In this document: positions 1 through 8,749 of the stretch, piece after piece
How positions within the stretch are numbered: the first letter of the stretch is position 1
Layout of the letters: the number at the start of each line of letters is the position of its first letter
Source: Candidatus Eiseniibacteriota bacterium
GTDB taxonomy: Bacteria; Eisenbacteria; RBG-16-71-46; CAZAMP01
Assembly: GCA_965224245.1 (NCBI GenBank)
Contig: OZ245046.1
Span: 1,760,001-1,824,000 of the forward strand
Reading direction: 5' to 3'
Length of the DNA: 64,000 nt
Position numbers and translations under genes: made by a program
Notes under the pieces: model-generated
Told to the model about the DNA's origin: nothing
What the model saw: the letters and a program-made list of their open reading frames with translations, nothing else
Database searches by the model: none

Positions 1-1
1 C

Positions 2-226
2 GTCATCGGCGAGAGCCACGAACACACGCTGGGCACCCTGTACAGCCTGTCGGTCCTGGCGGCGATGCGCGAAGACCGGGAGGAAGCCGTCGAGTGGCTA
101 GGCGAAGCCGTTCGTCTCGGATACGCCCGCCCGAGCATCCTGACCAACGAGGAGTTCAAGCGCTTCCGCGGCGACCCGGAGTTCGAGGCGCTGCGCGAGG
201 AGGTGCGCAGGCGCCTCGAGGACTGA
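2..226 (+). CDS. 3' end of a TPR-type protein, probably the tail of a Ser/Thr kinase-TPR protein (partial, runs off window)
   Basis: Frame +2 is open from the window edge: VIGESHEHTLGTLYSL...AVEWLGEAVRLGY...FRGDPEFEAL*. It resembles the 'LG.dHp.TL' repeats and 'RGDPR(F/W)' tails of the kinases in this window. Confidence 0.7.
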   Translation, partial: VIGESHEHTLGTLYSLSVLAAMREDREEAVEWLGEAVRLGYARPSILTNEEFKRFRGDPEFEALREEVRRRLED

Positions 227-263
227 CGGAACCCGTCCGCTCTCGCCCGGAATCCCCACCGGG

Positions 264-1928
264 TTACGCCGCTCTCCTTCCCCGCTTCGCGTCAACCGGA
301 CCCCGCTCCTCGAGGACCCGCGCCACCTCCCGGTGGCTCTCCCGCCTCGCGTCGTCGAGAGGAGTGCCTCCCCACCGGTCGCGAGCTCCCGGATCCACAC
401 CGGCCGCCAGCAGATACTCGACCACGTGCACGTGCCCTTCGGATGCGGCCAGGTGAAGAGCCGTCCGGCCATCGTAGTCGCCCTCGCCGAGGGACACGCC
501 ACGCGCCGCGAGCTGCTGGACGCCCCGCAGGTCTCCCCGGCTCGCCGCCCAGCACAGGTCGACGACGGCGCCGACCCGCCTCTCGTCGCGCCGCTGCCGG
601 GGATCGATCTTGTCGTGCCGGCCACCCAGCAGGTTGTCGTAGTTGTGAAAGTTGAAGGTGCGGGTCAGCTCGCGGCAGAAAGCGATGCCACGCACGCTGT
701 TCCCGTTCTCGTCCAGACGGGGCGACCAGACGCAGAGCCCCATCACGTTGGGGACCACCAGGAGGATTCCGCCCGACACGCCGCTCTTCGCTGGAAGCCC
801 GACCGAGAACGCCCACTGCCCCGAGAAGTCGTACATGCCGCAGGAGTACATGAGCGACAGGACCTTCTGAACCGTGTCCGGCCTCAGCACCCGCTCACCC
901 GTCACCGGACACACGCCGCCGCCGGCCAGCGTCCCGGCGACGATCGCGAGCGAGTCGGCGGTCATCTCGATCGAGCAGGACTGGAAGTAGAGCTCCAGTG
1001 TCTCGACTAGGTTCGTGCCCTCGGGGAACGCCCTGTTCTCTCGCATCGAGTACGCCAGCGCGAAGTTGCGGTCCGCTGTCTCGCGCTCCGAGAGGTAGGT
1101 GGAGGTGCTGAACCCCGGCTTCGTCCCTCCCGCCAGCCTTCTCCAGACGTCCATGATGTGCTCGAACCGGTCCGCCATCGGCTTCTTCCGTTGGACCAGT
1201 GAGGTCGACATGATGCCGCCCGCATTGATCAGCGGATTGTGAGGACGGCCGTCCTTCCCCAGCCAGAGCTCGTTGAACGCGCGTCCGCTGGGCTCGCAGC
1301 CCATGTGCCGGTGGACTTCCTCCTCCCCGTGCTCCTCCAGCGCGGCGACGTAGTTGATGGTCTTGCAGATCGACTGGATGCAGAAGTCCACGTTCGCGTC
1401 CCCGATGGAATGCCGTTGACCGTCCACCGTGCACACCGAGACCCCGTACCGATCCGGGTCCACCCGTTCGAGCTGCGGGATGTAGTTCGCCAGGCTTCCG
1501 CTGCGATTCTCCATCGTCCCGGCGTGGATCCGATCCAGCTCCGTCGAGAACGAGGCGAACTCCGGCAGAACCGTCTGCCCGGTCAGCACTCGCTCGATGA
1601 GAAGCGGATGACCGTTGGCGATCCGCTCGAACTGGTCGAACGAGATCCGCTCGCCGGGATCGAGCTCCGCCAGCAGCCGCGCGACCTCGGCCAGGCGCGG
1701 GTCGTCCATGCGGATTCCGGCCTCCCGCAGCACGCTGGGAAGCGCGTCGTGTGCGATCGTGTCCTCCCCGCCGATCCGAAGGGCGTCGAAGAGGGCCCGG
1801 GAGCGGGCGTCTTCGCCCGGGGCGCCGGAAACTCTCGTTCGCGCTCCGGCACCCGGGACGACGGGCGCGATTGCCGCGCCCGTCCGCCCGTTTCGGTCCC
1901 TTCGCGGGCTCTTGGTCTTCATCGCCAT
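264..1928 (-). CDS. glsA: Glutaminase A with GLS-like N-terminal region and C-terminal ankyrin repeats
   Basis: Motifs ANYIPQL, catalytic SxxK (QSICK), PHNPLINAG, SCGMYDFSG, LPAKSGVSGG; ankyrins DYDGRTALHLAASEGH and DRWGGTPLDDA. ATG at 1928 follows GGAGG and overlaps the amt stop. Confidence 0.95.
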   Translation of the reverse strand: MAMKTKSPRRDRNGRTGAAIAPVVPGAGARTRVSGAPGEDARSRALFDALRIGGEDTIAHDALPSVLREAGIRMDDPRLAEVARLLAELDPGERISFDQFERIANGHPLLIERVLTGQTVLPEFASFSTELDRIHAGTMENRSGSLANYIPQLERVDPDRYGVSVCTVDGQRHSIGDANVDFCIQSICKTINYVAALEEHGEEEVHRHMGCEPSGRAFNELWLGKDGRPHNPLINAGGIMSTSLVQRKKPMADRFEHIMDVWRRLAGGTKPGFSTSTYLSERETADRNFALAYSMRENRAFPEGTNLVETLELYFQSCSIEMTADSLAIVAGTLAGGGVCPVTGERVLRPDTVQKVLSLMYSCGMYDFSGQWAFSVGLPAKSGVSGGILLVVPNVMGLCVWSPRLDENGNSVRGIAFCRELTRTFNFHNYDNLLGGRHDKIDPRQRRDERRVGAVVDLCWAASRGDLRGVQQLAARGVSLGEGDYDGRTALHLAASEGHVHVVEYLLAAGVDPGARDRWGGTPLDDARRESHREVARVLEERGPVDAKRGRRAA

Positions 1929-3208
1929 CACCTCCACGCCGTGTCGAGCTGCGCAGTCGAGGACTCGCCGCGGTTTGCCCGCGCGAAACGCTCGAGGCTG
2001 TACGCGAGCTCCGCATGCTCGCTCCAGTCGATCCCCTGCACCTCCGCCCTCTCCGAGGCTCGGAGCCCCACCAGGAACCTCAGGGCCAGAAGGATCGCGG
2101 CCGTGCCGACAGCGGACAGCGTCGCCGCCACGAGCACGCTCACGAGCTGGGCCACGAGCAGGCTGGCGTTTCCGGCCAGAAGGCCGTCGGCCCCGCCGGG
2201 GTTCACGGCCGTCGTCGCGAAGACGCCTGTCAGCAGCGCCCCGACGATTCCTCCGATACCGTGACACGCGAACACGTCCAGCGTGTCGTCCAGCCGGCTC
2301 GCCTGCAGCCGGGACATCACGAAGTAGCTCGCCATCGCGCCGAGTGCACCGATTGCCAGAGCGGCCATCGGAGTGACGAATCCCGCGGCCGGCGTCACCG
2401 CCACGAGCCCGACCACGGCGCCGATCGACGCACCTACCGCCGTCGGCTTTTCACGCCGCAGCGACTGCAGGGCGATCCAGGTCACGGCCGCCGCCGCCGC
2501 TGCGAGCATCGTGGTCACGGCCGCGAGCGCGGCCAGGCCGTCCGCCGCCAGGGCGGAGCCGGCGTTGAACCCGAACCAGCCGAACCACAGGAGAGAGGCT
2601 CCCAGCACGACCAGCGGGACGTTGTGCGGCCGACCCGGATCGTCGCCGGCTTGCCGACGCGGACCCAGGATGAACGCCGCCACCAGAGCGGCGACCCCCG
2701 CGCTGATGTGGACCACCGTTCCGCCGGCGAAGTCGATGGCTCCGAGAGCGCCGATCCAGCCCTCGGGTCCCCAGACCCAGTGACAGAGCGGCGCGTAGAC
2801 CACCAGGCTCCAGGCCATGATGAAGAGCGCGTACGTGCGGAACTTCATGCGGCCCACGATGGCGCCGGAAATGAGCGCCGGCGTGATGATCGCGAACATC
2901 ATCTGGAACATCATGAACACGAAGTGCGGGATGTTTCCCGCGACGTCCGGGTTCGGTGCGGACCCAACACCCTGGAGTCCGACCCACGAGAGTCCCCCGA
3001 TCCAGGCGTTGCCGGGCGCGAAGGCGAGCGAGTAGCCGATGATCGCCCACTGGACGGTCATCAGGCCCAGCGCGACGAAGCTCATCTTTATCGTGTTGAT
3101 CGCACTTCTTTCCCGGACGAGCCCACCGTAGAAGAAGGCCAGTCCAGGGGTCATCAGAAAGACCAGAACGGTCGCGATCAGTGTCCAGGCCGTGTCTCCG
3201 GAATTCAT
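1928..3208 (-). CDS. amt: Ammonium transporter (Amt family)
   Basis: MTPGLAFFYGG, FQMMFAIIT, DFAGGTVVH and DDTLDVFACHG (twin His intact), LLWFGWFGFNAGS; many hydrophobic helices. Confidence 0.97.
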   Translation of the reverse strand: MNSGDTAWTLIATVLVFLMTPGLAFFYGGLVRERSAINTIKMSFVALGLMTVQWAIIGYSLAFAPGNAWIGGLSWVGLQGVGSAPNPDVAGNIPHFVFMMFQMMFAIITPALISGAIVGRMKFRTYALFIMAWSLVVYAPLCHWVWGPEGWIGALGAIDFAGGTVVHISAGVAALVAAFILGPRRQAGDDPGRPHNVPLVVLGASLLWFGWFGFNAGSALAADGLAALAAVTTMLAAAAAAVTWIALQSLRREKPTAVGASIGAVVGLVAVTPAAGFVTPMAALAIGALGAMASYFVMSRLQASRLDDTLDVFACHGIGGIVGALLTGVFATTAVNPGGADGLLAGNASLLVAQLVSVLVAATLSAVGTAAILLALRFLVGLRASERAEVQGIDWSEHAELAYSLERFARANRGESSTAQLDTAWR

Positions 3209-3245
3209 GTTCCCCTCCTCCTCATGAGACGGGTTGGACGTCGAA

Positions 3246-3272
3246 CGCCGCGGGGATGGATTCCCCGCGGCG
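3246..3272. terminator. Perfect 11-bp GC stem-loop between glnII and amt (attenuator or mRNA-stability hairpin)
   Basis: CGCCGCGGGGA-tggat-TCCCCGCGGCG; no long U tract follows. Confidence 0.55.
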
Positions 3273-3282
3273 GCTGGCGTCG

Positions 3283-4374
3283 CTAGGCGACCTTGATCCG
3301 GACGGTCTCCTCCGGATCCGCGATGTCGCAGACGGTACGGACGAGCTCCCGGCAGACCACGTATGGATCACAGTTGGCACCCGGGCGGCGGTCCTCGAAG
3401 TAGCCCGAGCCGCGCTCCACGACTTGCCGCGGGATCCGGATCGACGCGCCGCGGTCGGCGACGCCGGAACGGAACTCCTCGATGCTGCAGGTCTCGTGCA
3501 GCCCGGTGAGTCGATCGGCCAGGCCGGCGCCGTAGTTGCTGACGTGACGGTCGTGCGCCACGATCAGCCGCTCGACAGCAGCGTGGATCGCGTCCAGTCC
3601 GGTGTTTGGTTCGCGCGTGGCGTTCGTCGAGAAGTTCGTGTGCGCACCGGCTCCGTTCCAGTCGCCCTTCACCGGCTTGGGGTCGAGGCGCGGGTAGATC
3701 CCGTGGTCCTCGCCGAGCCGATAGAGCAACCACCTGGCGACCCAGAGCTCGTCGCTGACACGTAGCGCGTTCCCGTCCTCGCCCTCGAAGCCCCGGTAGC
3801 CGATCTGGAACTCCCACTGGCCTGGCATCACTTCCGCGTTGACGCCGTAGATCATCAGACCGGCGTCGATGCACGCGCGAAGGTGGGCCTCGACCAGCGG
3901 ACGACCGTGGGCTTCCTCGCTACCGACGCCGCAGTAGTAGGGACCCTGCGGTCCGGGGTAGCCGTTCTCCGGCCATCCGACGGGACGGTCACCGACGTAG
4001 AGCGTGTACTCCTGCTCGAAGCCCACCGCCGGGGCCTCGTCGGCGCCGCCGGCATCCAGCACGTCGCGCAGAGTCGCCCGCGTGTTGGTCTCGTGTGGGT
4101 TGCCGTCCCCGTCCAGAACCTCACAGAGCACGAGGTAGTTGCCTTCCCCGCGGATCGGGTCGTTCCAGAATCCCACCGGCTGCAGAAGGCAGTCGGAGTC
4201 GTCGCCAGCCGCCTGGTTCGTCGACGAGCCGTCGAAGCTCCAGCCGGGGAAGTCCTCGAGGCGAACATCCTCGGGATTCGCAACCTGCACGATCCGCGTC
4301 TTCGAGCGGAGCTTCTGCGTGGGGCTCGTACCGTCGAGCCAGAGGTACTCGGCGGACTTGATGGGGCTCCTCAT
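3283..4374 (-). CDS. glnII: Glutamine synthetase type II
   Basis: AEYLWLDG..LRSKTR, WSFDGSSTNQA, FEQEY, PQGPYYCGVG, NAEVMPGQWEFQIG, GDWNGAGAHTNFST, RLTGLHET, YFEDRRP; 363 aa. AGGAG precedes the ATG at 4374. Confidence 0.97.
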   Translation of the reverse strand: MRSPIKSAEYLWLDGTSPTQKLRSKTRIVQVANPEDVRLEDFPGWSFDGSSTNQAAGDDSDCLLQPVGFWNDPIRGEGNYLVLCEVLDGDGNPHETNTRATLRDVLDAGGADEAPAVGFEQEYTLYVGDRPVGWPENGYPGPQGPYYCGVGSEEAHGRPLVEAHLRACIDAGLMIYGVNAEVMPGQWEFQIGYRGFEGEDGNALRVSDELWVARWLLYRLGEDHGIYPRLDPKPVKGDWNGAGAHTNFSTNATREPNTGLDAIHAAVERLIVAHDRHVSNYGAGLADRLTGLHETCSIEEFRSGVADRGASIRIPRQVVERGSGYFEDRRPGANCDPYVVCRELVRTVCDIADPEETVRIKVA

Positions 4375-4559
4375 CGATCTCTCCTTTTTGTAGTCCGGAG
4401 GCGGGCCCGTCCCGCCATTGCCGGTTCGAGGGGGGAAACACGATCCGCGTCGAAGGAGTGCAACGCGACCCAAGCGTGTCCTGAACCCGTTGGCATAACG
4501 CCGCTTACGAGTAGCCGGTTGGGTACGCAGGGGTGCCGGACCCGTGCTACCCTGGCCAC

Positions 4560-5144
4560 ATGACGGAAGAGAGATCAGCCACAGTGACGCTCCTGCTCCA
4601 GCGGATGGAGCAGGGCGACCCGGGGGCTCTCGACGAGCTGCTCCCGGTGGTCTACGACGAGCTCCGCGTGATCGCCCGCCGCTTCTTCCGGGTCCAGCGG
4701 TCCAATCACACGCTTCAGCCCACCGCGCTGGTGCACGAGGCCTACATCAAGGTGCTCGGTGACCGGGCCGCCCGACCGAAAGGCTGGAACGACCGTGCGC
4801 ACTTCCTGAGTGTCGCCGCCATCGCGATGCGACAGATTCTCGTGAACCACGCCCGTGACAAGGCCGCGCTCCGGCGTGGCGGACCCGACGCACATCAGGT
4901 CACGCTCACAGGCATCGCCGACTTCGACGACTCGGACGCGCTGGACGTGCTCACCGTCCACGACGCACTCGAGGCCCTCCACCGGCTCGACCCGAGGCAG
5001 GCCCGGATCGCCGAGCTCCGGTTCTTCGGCTCCCTCACTCTCGACGAGACGGCCGAGGTGATCGGGATTTCTCGCCGAACCGTCGCGCTGGACTGGAAGA
5101 TGGCCAAGCGTTGGCTGGCGAGGAGACTCGACCCGGAAGGCTAA
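4560..5144 (+). CDS. ECF sigma-70 factor, ECF43/TIGR02999 type (no adjacent kinase)
   Basis: [34 protein letters not shown], region 4 ELRFFGSLT..ETAEVIGISRRTV..DW. Confidence 0.92.
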   Translation: MTEERSATVTLLLQRMEQGDPGALDELLPVVYDELRVIARRFFRVQRSNHTLQPTALVHEAYIKVLGDRAARPKGWNDRAHFLSVAAIAMRQILVNHARDKAALRRGGPDAHQVTLTGIADFDDSDALDVLTVHDALEALHRLDPRQARIAELRFFGSLTLDETAEVIGISRRTVALDWKMAKRWLARRLDPEG

Positions 5145-5223
5145 CGAGCATCGCGTCTGCACTCCGTGCGCCTGGATCGTGTTCCCCCGACCATAGACGG
5201 CAGTCGCTGCCCAGGGGGAACAC

Positions 5224-5838
5224 ATGGAAGCCGGACATCTGCTCGAGGGACTGATCATCGGATTCTCGATCGCGGCCCCCATGGGCCCGATCGGCTTGCT
5301 GTGCATCCGACGCACGCTGAGCAATGGCCGGGTGGCGGGCATGGCCTCGGGCCTGGGGGCGGCATCAGCCGACGCCGTCTTCGGCTGTATCGCGGGCTTC
5401 GGCTTGACCGTGGTCTCGGCCGTGCTGATCGATCAGCAGGCCTGGCTGAAGTGCGCAGGGGGATCGTACCTGTGCTACCTGGGTCTCAGGACGTTCCGCG
5501 CCCGACCCACCACCCGATCGGCGGCGGTGCGGGGACGCGGACTCCCGGGAGCGTTTGCCTCCACTTTTCTCCTCACCCTGACGAACCCGGTCACGATCCT
5601 GTCGTTCCTCGGGATCTTCTCCGCACTCGCCCCGGGAACGACCGGCGACGCTCGAGGATCGGCCGCGGTTCTCGTGGCTGGGGTGTTCATCGGCTCCGCG
5701 CTCTGGTGGCTCCTCCTGAGCGTCTCGGTGGGTAGCCTCCGCCCACGGCTCGACGACTCGCGCATGACGTGGATCAACCGTTTCTCGGGACTGGTGCTCG
5801 GAGGGTTCGGCCTGACGGCGATCGCGAGCCTGGTGTGA
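5224..5838 (+). CDS. LysE/RhtB family translocator
   Basis: GFSIAAPMGPIGLLCIRRTL, GLGAASADA, FLLTLTNPVTILSF; about 6 TM segments. Confidence 0.93.
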   Translation: MEAGHLLEGLIIGFSIAAPMGPIGLLCIRRTLSNGRVAGMASGLGAASADAVFGCIAGFGLTVVSAVLIDQQAWLKCAGGSYLCYLGLRTFRARPTTRSAAVRGRGLPGAFASTFLLTLTNPVTILSFLGIFSALAPGTTGDARGSAAVLVAGVFIGSALWWLLLSVSVGSLRPRLDDSRMTWINRFSGLVLGGFGLTAIASLV

Positions 5839-6046
5839 GGGAGCCAATCAACCGAACCGGAGGGTGTGCCTTCAGCACGTTCCCACGGCGATGGCGATGT
5901 CCGGGTGAAGCTTTCGGAGCCGCCGAGCTGCACCGGCGCAGCGCGGAGGAGAGTAGCGAGGGCGGGGTTCGTGATGATCGCCAACCGCCCACCCCGCACC
6001 CGCTGAACACGCCACGACCGCGTCACGCCGGCACTTCCGGACGTGC

Positions 6047-6217
6047 GTCTACTGGTTGGAGAAGGTCACGGACGAGCAATACGGAGGAGGCAGCCGGCCG
6101 GGCGGATCATCGCCGCCGGGATGACCCGAGAGGTGGCGTTCGAACCCGTCGAGGGGCCCATCCACGACCGCATCGACGACGCGTACCGCGCGAAGTACGA
6201 TGGCAGTCCCCACCTGG
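6047..6217 (+). pseudogene. Chimeric remnant: cupin C-terminus joined to the C-terminal half of a DUF2255-like protein
   Basis: 6047-6082 reads VYWLEKVTDEQY. Another frame at ~6088-6217 reads RQPAGRIIAAGMTREVAFEPVEGPIHDRIDDAYRAKYDGSPHL. Both N-termini are missing. Confidence 0.6.
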
Positions 6218-6449
6218 CCCAGAACCTACCCCCATTTGACCCCCGAACTCCCTGCGTGAGAGCATTGCGGCTCATCGTCGCGTGGCTCGAGAACCCTCCG
6301 ATCCCTGGGGGGCCTCGCTGGTGTGGAGCCCGAGCCCGGTGACCTGCCAGCGATCCCGGTCGTCGCCGGATCGCGCACGCGTTCTCGTGCGTGTGCTCTT
6401 GCGGATTGGTCCATTGATTCCGCTCAACGGCTGGTCGGCGAGGCTCTCG

Positions 6450-7031
6450 ATGAATACCTCCTCCGAGATCACTCAGATCCTGATCCGGCTTCGAGAGAGC
6501 GATACGGATTCGCGCGCGGTGGCCGATCGCGTGTTCGAGGTCGCCTACGCCGAGCTCCGGCGTCTCGCCGCCCACATGATGATGCGCGGTGAACGACCCG
6601 ATCACACGCTTCGGCCGACCGCGCTCGTACACGAAGCCTACGTCCGCCTCGCGGACACGTCGCGACTCGACTGGCAGAGCCGGGCGCACTTCTTCAGGAT
6701 CGCCGCTCGTGCAATGCGGGAGATCCTCGTCGATCATGCCCGTCGACGCCTCGCGGCGAAGCGTGAAGGACGCTGGCAGAGGGTCTCTCTCGATCCGGCG
6801 CTGGCACTGAGCGCCGCCTCCGAGGTCGACGTGCTTCGCCTCGAGGAGATTCTCACCGAGCTCACCACGATGGACGACCGGATGTCCAGGATCGTCGAGC
6901 TGCGCGTATTCGGTGGGATGAAGGTGGATGAGGTAGCCCACGTGCTCGGCGTGTCTCCGCGGACGATCAACGACGAGTGGAACGTGGCGAAGATGTGGGT
7001 CTCTCGCGCGATTGCCGAGAGCGGGTCATGA
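6450..7031 (+). CDS. ECF sigma-70 factor, ECF43/TIGR02999 type
   Basis: [63 protein letters not shown]. Confidence 0.92.
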   Translation: MNTSSEITQILIRLRESDTDSRAVADRVFEVAYAELRRLAAHMMMRGERPDHTLRPTALVHEAYVRLADTSRLDWQSRAHFFRIAARAMREILVDHARRRLAAKREGRWQRVSLDPALALSAASEVDVLRLEEILTELTTMDDRMSRIVELRVFGGMKVDEVAHVLGVSPRTINDEWNVAKMWVSRAIAESGS

Positions 7032-7123
7032 GAGCGGAGCGTTTCGCGCGCGTGAAGGAAGTGCTCATCCGGGCGAGGAACATGGCCGATGACGCACGAA
7101 GCGCGGGTTCGAGATGTCGATGA
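7028..7123 (+). pseudogene. Truncated N-terminus of the ECF-coupled Ser/Thr kinase
   Basis: ATGA overlap with the ECF stop. MRAERFARVKEVLIRARNMADDARSA matches the starts of the kinases at 8746 (ERFQRLKRIFDEA) and 31627 ([13 protein letters not shown]), then stops at 7121-7123. Confidence 0.75.
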
Positions 7124-7454
7124 CCTGGAGCCCGGAGTATCCATCGGCGACGTAGGCGTAGGCGCCGGCCACCGCAGCGCCGACGGCGGAGTCCGGGGTG
7201 TCGACGCTCCCGACGATCGCGGGCACGGCCGGGTTCGAGATGTCGATGACCTGGAGCCCGGAGTATCCATCGGCGATGTAGGCGTAGGAGCCGGCCACCG
7301 CCACGTCCAGAGCGTGGCCCGGCGTGTCGCCGGCGCTCCCGACGAGATGGAGATAGTCCAGGTAATCGATGCAGCCCTCCCCCCGCGTCTCCGCGGGCAA
7401 GAGAATGGCCCCGATGAGCCAGAGTGCTGTGCCGGCTACGACCCGTGCGCCCAT
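7065..7454 (-). pseudogene. Truncated secreted LVIVD-repeat protein
   Basis: Signal peptide followed by only two LVIVD repeats (YAYIADGYSGLQVIDISNP); homology is lost at ~7103. Confidence 0.75.
7104..7301. repeat. 126-bp-period direct repeat (LVIVD unit)
   Basis: 7104-7175 matches 7230-7301 with two mismatches. Confidence 0.85.
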
Positions 7455-8164
7455 CGTCCGTCCGCCGGCAAGACCCGCCGGCGTTCTTTACCGCCGGACG
7501 ACGGTCGGGGAGGCATCCGGCGCGAGGAATCCCGACGGAGGCAGAAACGCAGAGCCTGACGGGTTCGGAGGGACATGTAACACCTCACCTGCTTCGGGGG
7601 TCATTGCCCCCGTGGTCGCCGTGGACGGCCGGAACGCCGGGGAACAGCCATCTCCGACGGTTCTCGAGATCCCGATCGGCATTCCAGGACCTGCACGTAC
7701 CCGCGCTCCGGTACTCCGACTACCTTTCGATCCACACAGGCGAGATTTTCGTGTGACCCACCCAGAAAGAAGCGGCGCTCCGCCGGATGCCGGAGCTGCG
7801 CCCGAGCGCGCGATCCCATCGAGGGTCGACGCCGGCTGCGGTTTCACGACGGTCTGCAGCTCTCGATGCCCGCGGACTCCCTCCGCGAGGAGTGAGATGA
7901 GCGCGCCAAATCGTTGTTGGACACGTCAATGCACCGCTCGCTCACCGTTCCTGATCCCGGGCGACAGCTCGCTACCCGGACGCCCCCGGCACGCCGGCCC
8001 GGAGACGCGAACCGGCAGCCAGCGCGGACACCATCGCACCTCGTTGCCGACCCCCGTCATTCCCTGAACAGGAAGAGCGTCCAACGGTCGACTCACATCG
8101 CGTAATATACTCTCATCCAGTTACTTGCCCGTCGCATCGTCGGGCGTGCCCGAAGGAGCTGGGA

Positions 8165-8749
8165 TTGCCCACCGAGCCGGAGAGCCGTCGGGTCGAAGCG
8201 ACCGTTCTTCTCGAACGAATCCGATCCGGAGATCGCGATGCCGCGGACGAGCTTCTACCGCTGGTCTACGACGAGCTGCGCCGGATCGCCGCCAGCTACT
8301 TCCGAGCTCAGCCGCACTATCACACGCTGCAGCCGACCGCGCTCGTGCATGAGGCGTTCCTGAAGCTCGTGAACGTCCCGGGCTCCGACTGGGAGAGCGT
8401 CAATCACTTCAAGGCCGTGGCCGCGCGGGCCATGCGGCAGATCCTCACCGATCACGCTCGCGCCAAGGCCACCGCCAAACGGGGTGGTGACGTCGAGCAC
8501 GTTCCCGTGGACGGTATCGATACGCCGGCAGGCACGAACACGCTGGACCTGGTCACCCTCGATCGCGCACTGACGACGCTGGGTGAGCTCGATCCACGTC
8601 AGCTCCGGATCATCGAGCTATGGTTCTTCGCCGGCCTCACGATGGACGAGGTGGCGAAGCTGATCGACGTCTCCGAGCGTACGGTCCGGCGAGAGTGGCG
8701 ACACGCCCGCGCATGGCTCAACAACCAGCTCTCCGTGAACTCTCTATGA
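8165..8749 (+). CDS. ECF sigma-70 factor, ECF43/TIGR02999 type
   Basis: [61 protein letters not shown] start follows AGGAG. Confidence 0.92.
   Translation: MPTEPESRRVEATVLLERIRSGDRDAADELLPLVYDELRRIAASYFRAQPHYHTLQPTALVHEAFLKLVNVPGSDWESVNHFKAVAARAMRQILTDHARAKATAKRGGDVEHVPVDGIDTPAGTNTLDLVTLDRALTTLGELDPRQLRIIELWFFAGLTMDEVAKLIDVSERTVRREWRHARAWLNNQLSVNSL

Noticed and set aside
4375-4559. Sigma-54 promoter or glutamine riboswitch upstream of glnII
   Set aside because: I found no consensus-like GG-N10-GC on the coding strand and no RNA motif I can recognise by eye. An Rfam scan would be needed.
5386-5413. Third TGTATC-N16-CCGT match to the ECF motif
   Set aside because: It lies inside the lysE coding sequence with an imperfect -10 (CCGTGG) and is likely chance.
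7455-8164. Possible small genes or ncRNA in the 700-bp divergent intergenic region
   Set aside because: No ORF with recognisable motifs and only imperfect hairpins; a lone TATACT near 8107 is the only signal.
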